Part shown: positions 62,766-64,000 of the stretch, in pieces
Numbering within the stretch: the first letter of the stretch is position 1
Layout: the number at the start of each line of letters is the position of its first letter
Source: Candidatus Poribacteria bacterium
GTDB taxonomy: Bacteria > Poribacteria > WGA-4E > WGA-3G
DNA length: 64,000 bases
Direction of reading: 5' to 3'
NCBI GenBank assembly: GCA_963665235.2
Contig: CAXXLX010000001.1
Location: forward strand, 1,120,001-1,184,000
Translations under genes and position numbers: made by a program
Notes under the pieces: generated by a model
What the model was told of the DNA's origin: nothing
Seen by the model: only the letters and a program-made list of their open reading frames with translations
Database searches by the model: none

Positions 62766-63525
62766 GCAGCGGGCTGGGTGCCCGAATACTGGGCGATAAG
62801 TCGGCTTCTTAGGGACGATATGTTTATAGGCATCTGGGTTTCAGCCCGCCTCTTAGTGGTTCACTCGGTAAATTCTTCTGTCTTATGAGTTTACAGATAA
62901 TAGCCAAGACGGACTACTGTGCTTGCGACGATGGCGTGTCCATATTACCATATAAACTTAGCGAGCAAACCACTTAGTCCCAGTATTCGGGCGACAAGCC
63001 CGCTCCTCAAGGACGATATCTTTATAGAAAACCGTTTCCGCCCCGATTCTTAGTCCCAGTATTCGGGCAAGCAGCCCGCTCCTCAAGGACGATATCTTTA
63101 TAGAAGCAGCAGTTTCTGCCCGCCTCTTAGTCCCAGTATTCGGGCAAACAGTTTCCCGCTCTTCAAGGACGATATCTTTATAGAAGCACAAAAACGCCCA
63201 CCCCCTCTTAGTCCCGTAGGGACGATATCTTTATAGAAGCACAAAACGCCCACCCCCTCTTATACCAAATTCATCTGATTCATCGTGTTCACGGACCGCG
63301 ATGTCGAATGCTAACGGGCAGGTTTTTGGTATGTTTACGACTTGTGCCAGTTAACGAATTGTTTTTGTTGTTTTCACAGATATTTGACATTCATATAAAG
63401 ATATCGTCCTTGAGGAGCGGGCTGCTTGCCCGAATACTGGGACTAAGAGGTCGGGGCGGAAACGACTTTCTATAAAGATATCGTCCTTGAGGAGCGGGCT
63501 GCTTGCCCGAATACTGGGACTAAAG
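62766..63525. repeat. cluster of family-C repeats including loop-expanded variants, both orientations
   Basis: TAGTCCCAGTATTCGGGC..GCCCGCTCCTCAAGGACGATATCTTTATAG repeated; inverted copies at 63393-63522. Confidence 0.8.
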
Positions 63526-63626
63526 AAGAAATCAACCAATGATAAAAACTAACAAGACGTTATATAATTGTGAAATAATATTGGACAAATAGTTATTTAG
63601 CACAAATCGTTATGTTTATGTTTATT

Positions 63627-63882
63627 GTCTGAATCACGGAAGGCGCGGAGAACACAGAGGGTGCGGAAAATGCGTTTGTGTTTCGGACATTTCGTTTCGC
63701 GAGAGACGGTTCGGTAACAAAGGCTCTCTTATTTCCGCGTTCTCCGCGATAATCCGCGATTCTGATAGGTATTTTTATACCCTCTGTGTTCTCTGCGATT
63801 TTCCGCGTTCTCCGCGTCCTCCGCGCCTTCCGCGATTCAGATAACACGCGCAAAATCCTCCCTTCCATTCTTCCACCCTTCC
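63627..63882. repeat. nonamer/octamer simple-repeat element (related copies at 19780-19910 and 38283-38370)
   Basis: (CCGCGTTCT)n-GATTCAGA and (CCTTCCA)n blocks shared among three loci. Confidence 0.6.
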
Positions 63883-64000
63883 TGCTATCATTATGACAAA
63901 AACTGGACACACTCAGAAAATATATTTATAGAAAAACGCGAACGCACAATCCTGCCCTACGGCCAAAAATTATACATCGGCTGCTGCGTCACAACACTGA

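Overview
Bacterial chromosomal window, possibly Candidatus Poribacteria-like (inferred only from LamG/lamin-tail secreted proteins ending in a K(F/L)TTxWxxLK tail and the dense intergenic repeats). Core content: tRNA-Gln, an 11-gene nuoA-D/H-N operon without nuoEFG, holB, tmk, recJ, relA/spoT, rpmB, rsmA, coaBC, gmk, purN, clpB and purB. Accessory content: a fused restriction-modification enzyme, an ECF sigma/anti-sigma pair, and three disrupted Rpn/YhgA-like nuclease genes that keep an intact internal GGAGG ribosome site plus start codon, with two extra stand-alone C-terminal copies (candidate antitoxin array). Mobile and repeat content: a degraded IS630 in a LamG gene, a Y1 (IS200-like/RAYT-like) HUH transposase with a cognate hairpin-repeat family, three MITE copies (TWA target duplication) each carrying an expanded tandem array of GTAG-type REP hairpins, and two non-coding IS200/IS605 mini-elements inserted exactly in front of ATGA start codons. 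Six tandem near-consensus sigma70 promoters precede a ~1570 aa surface protein. Scattered 1-nt frameshifts and one chimeric-looking repeat stretch suggest assembly or consensus errors, so repeat-level claims need read validation.
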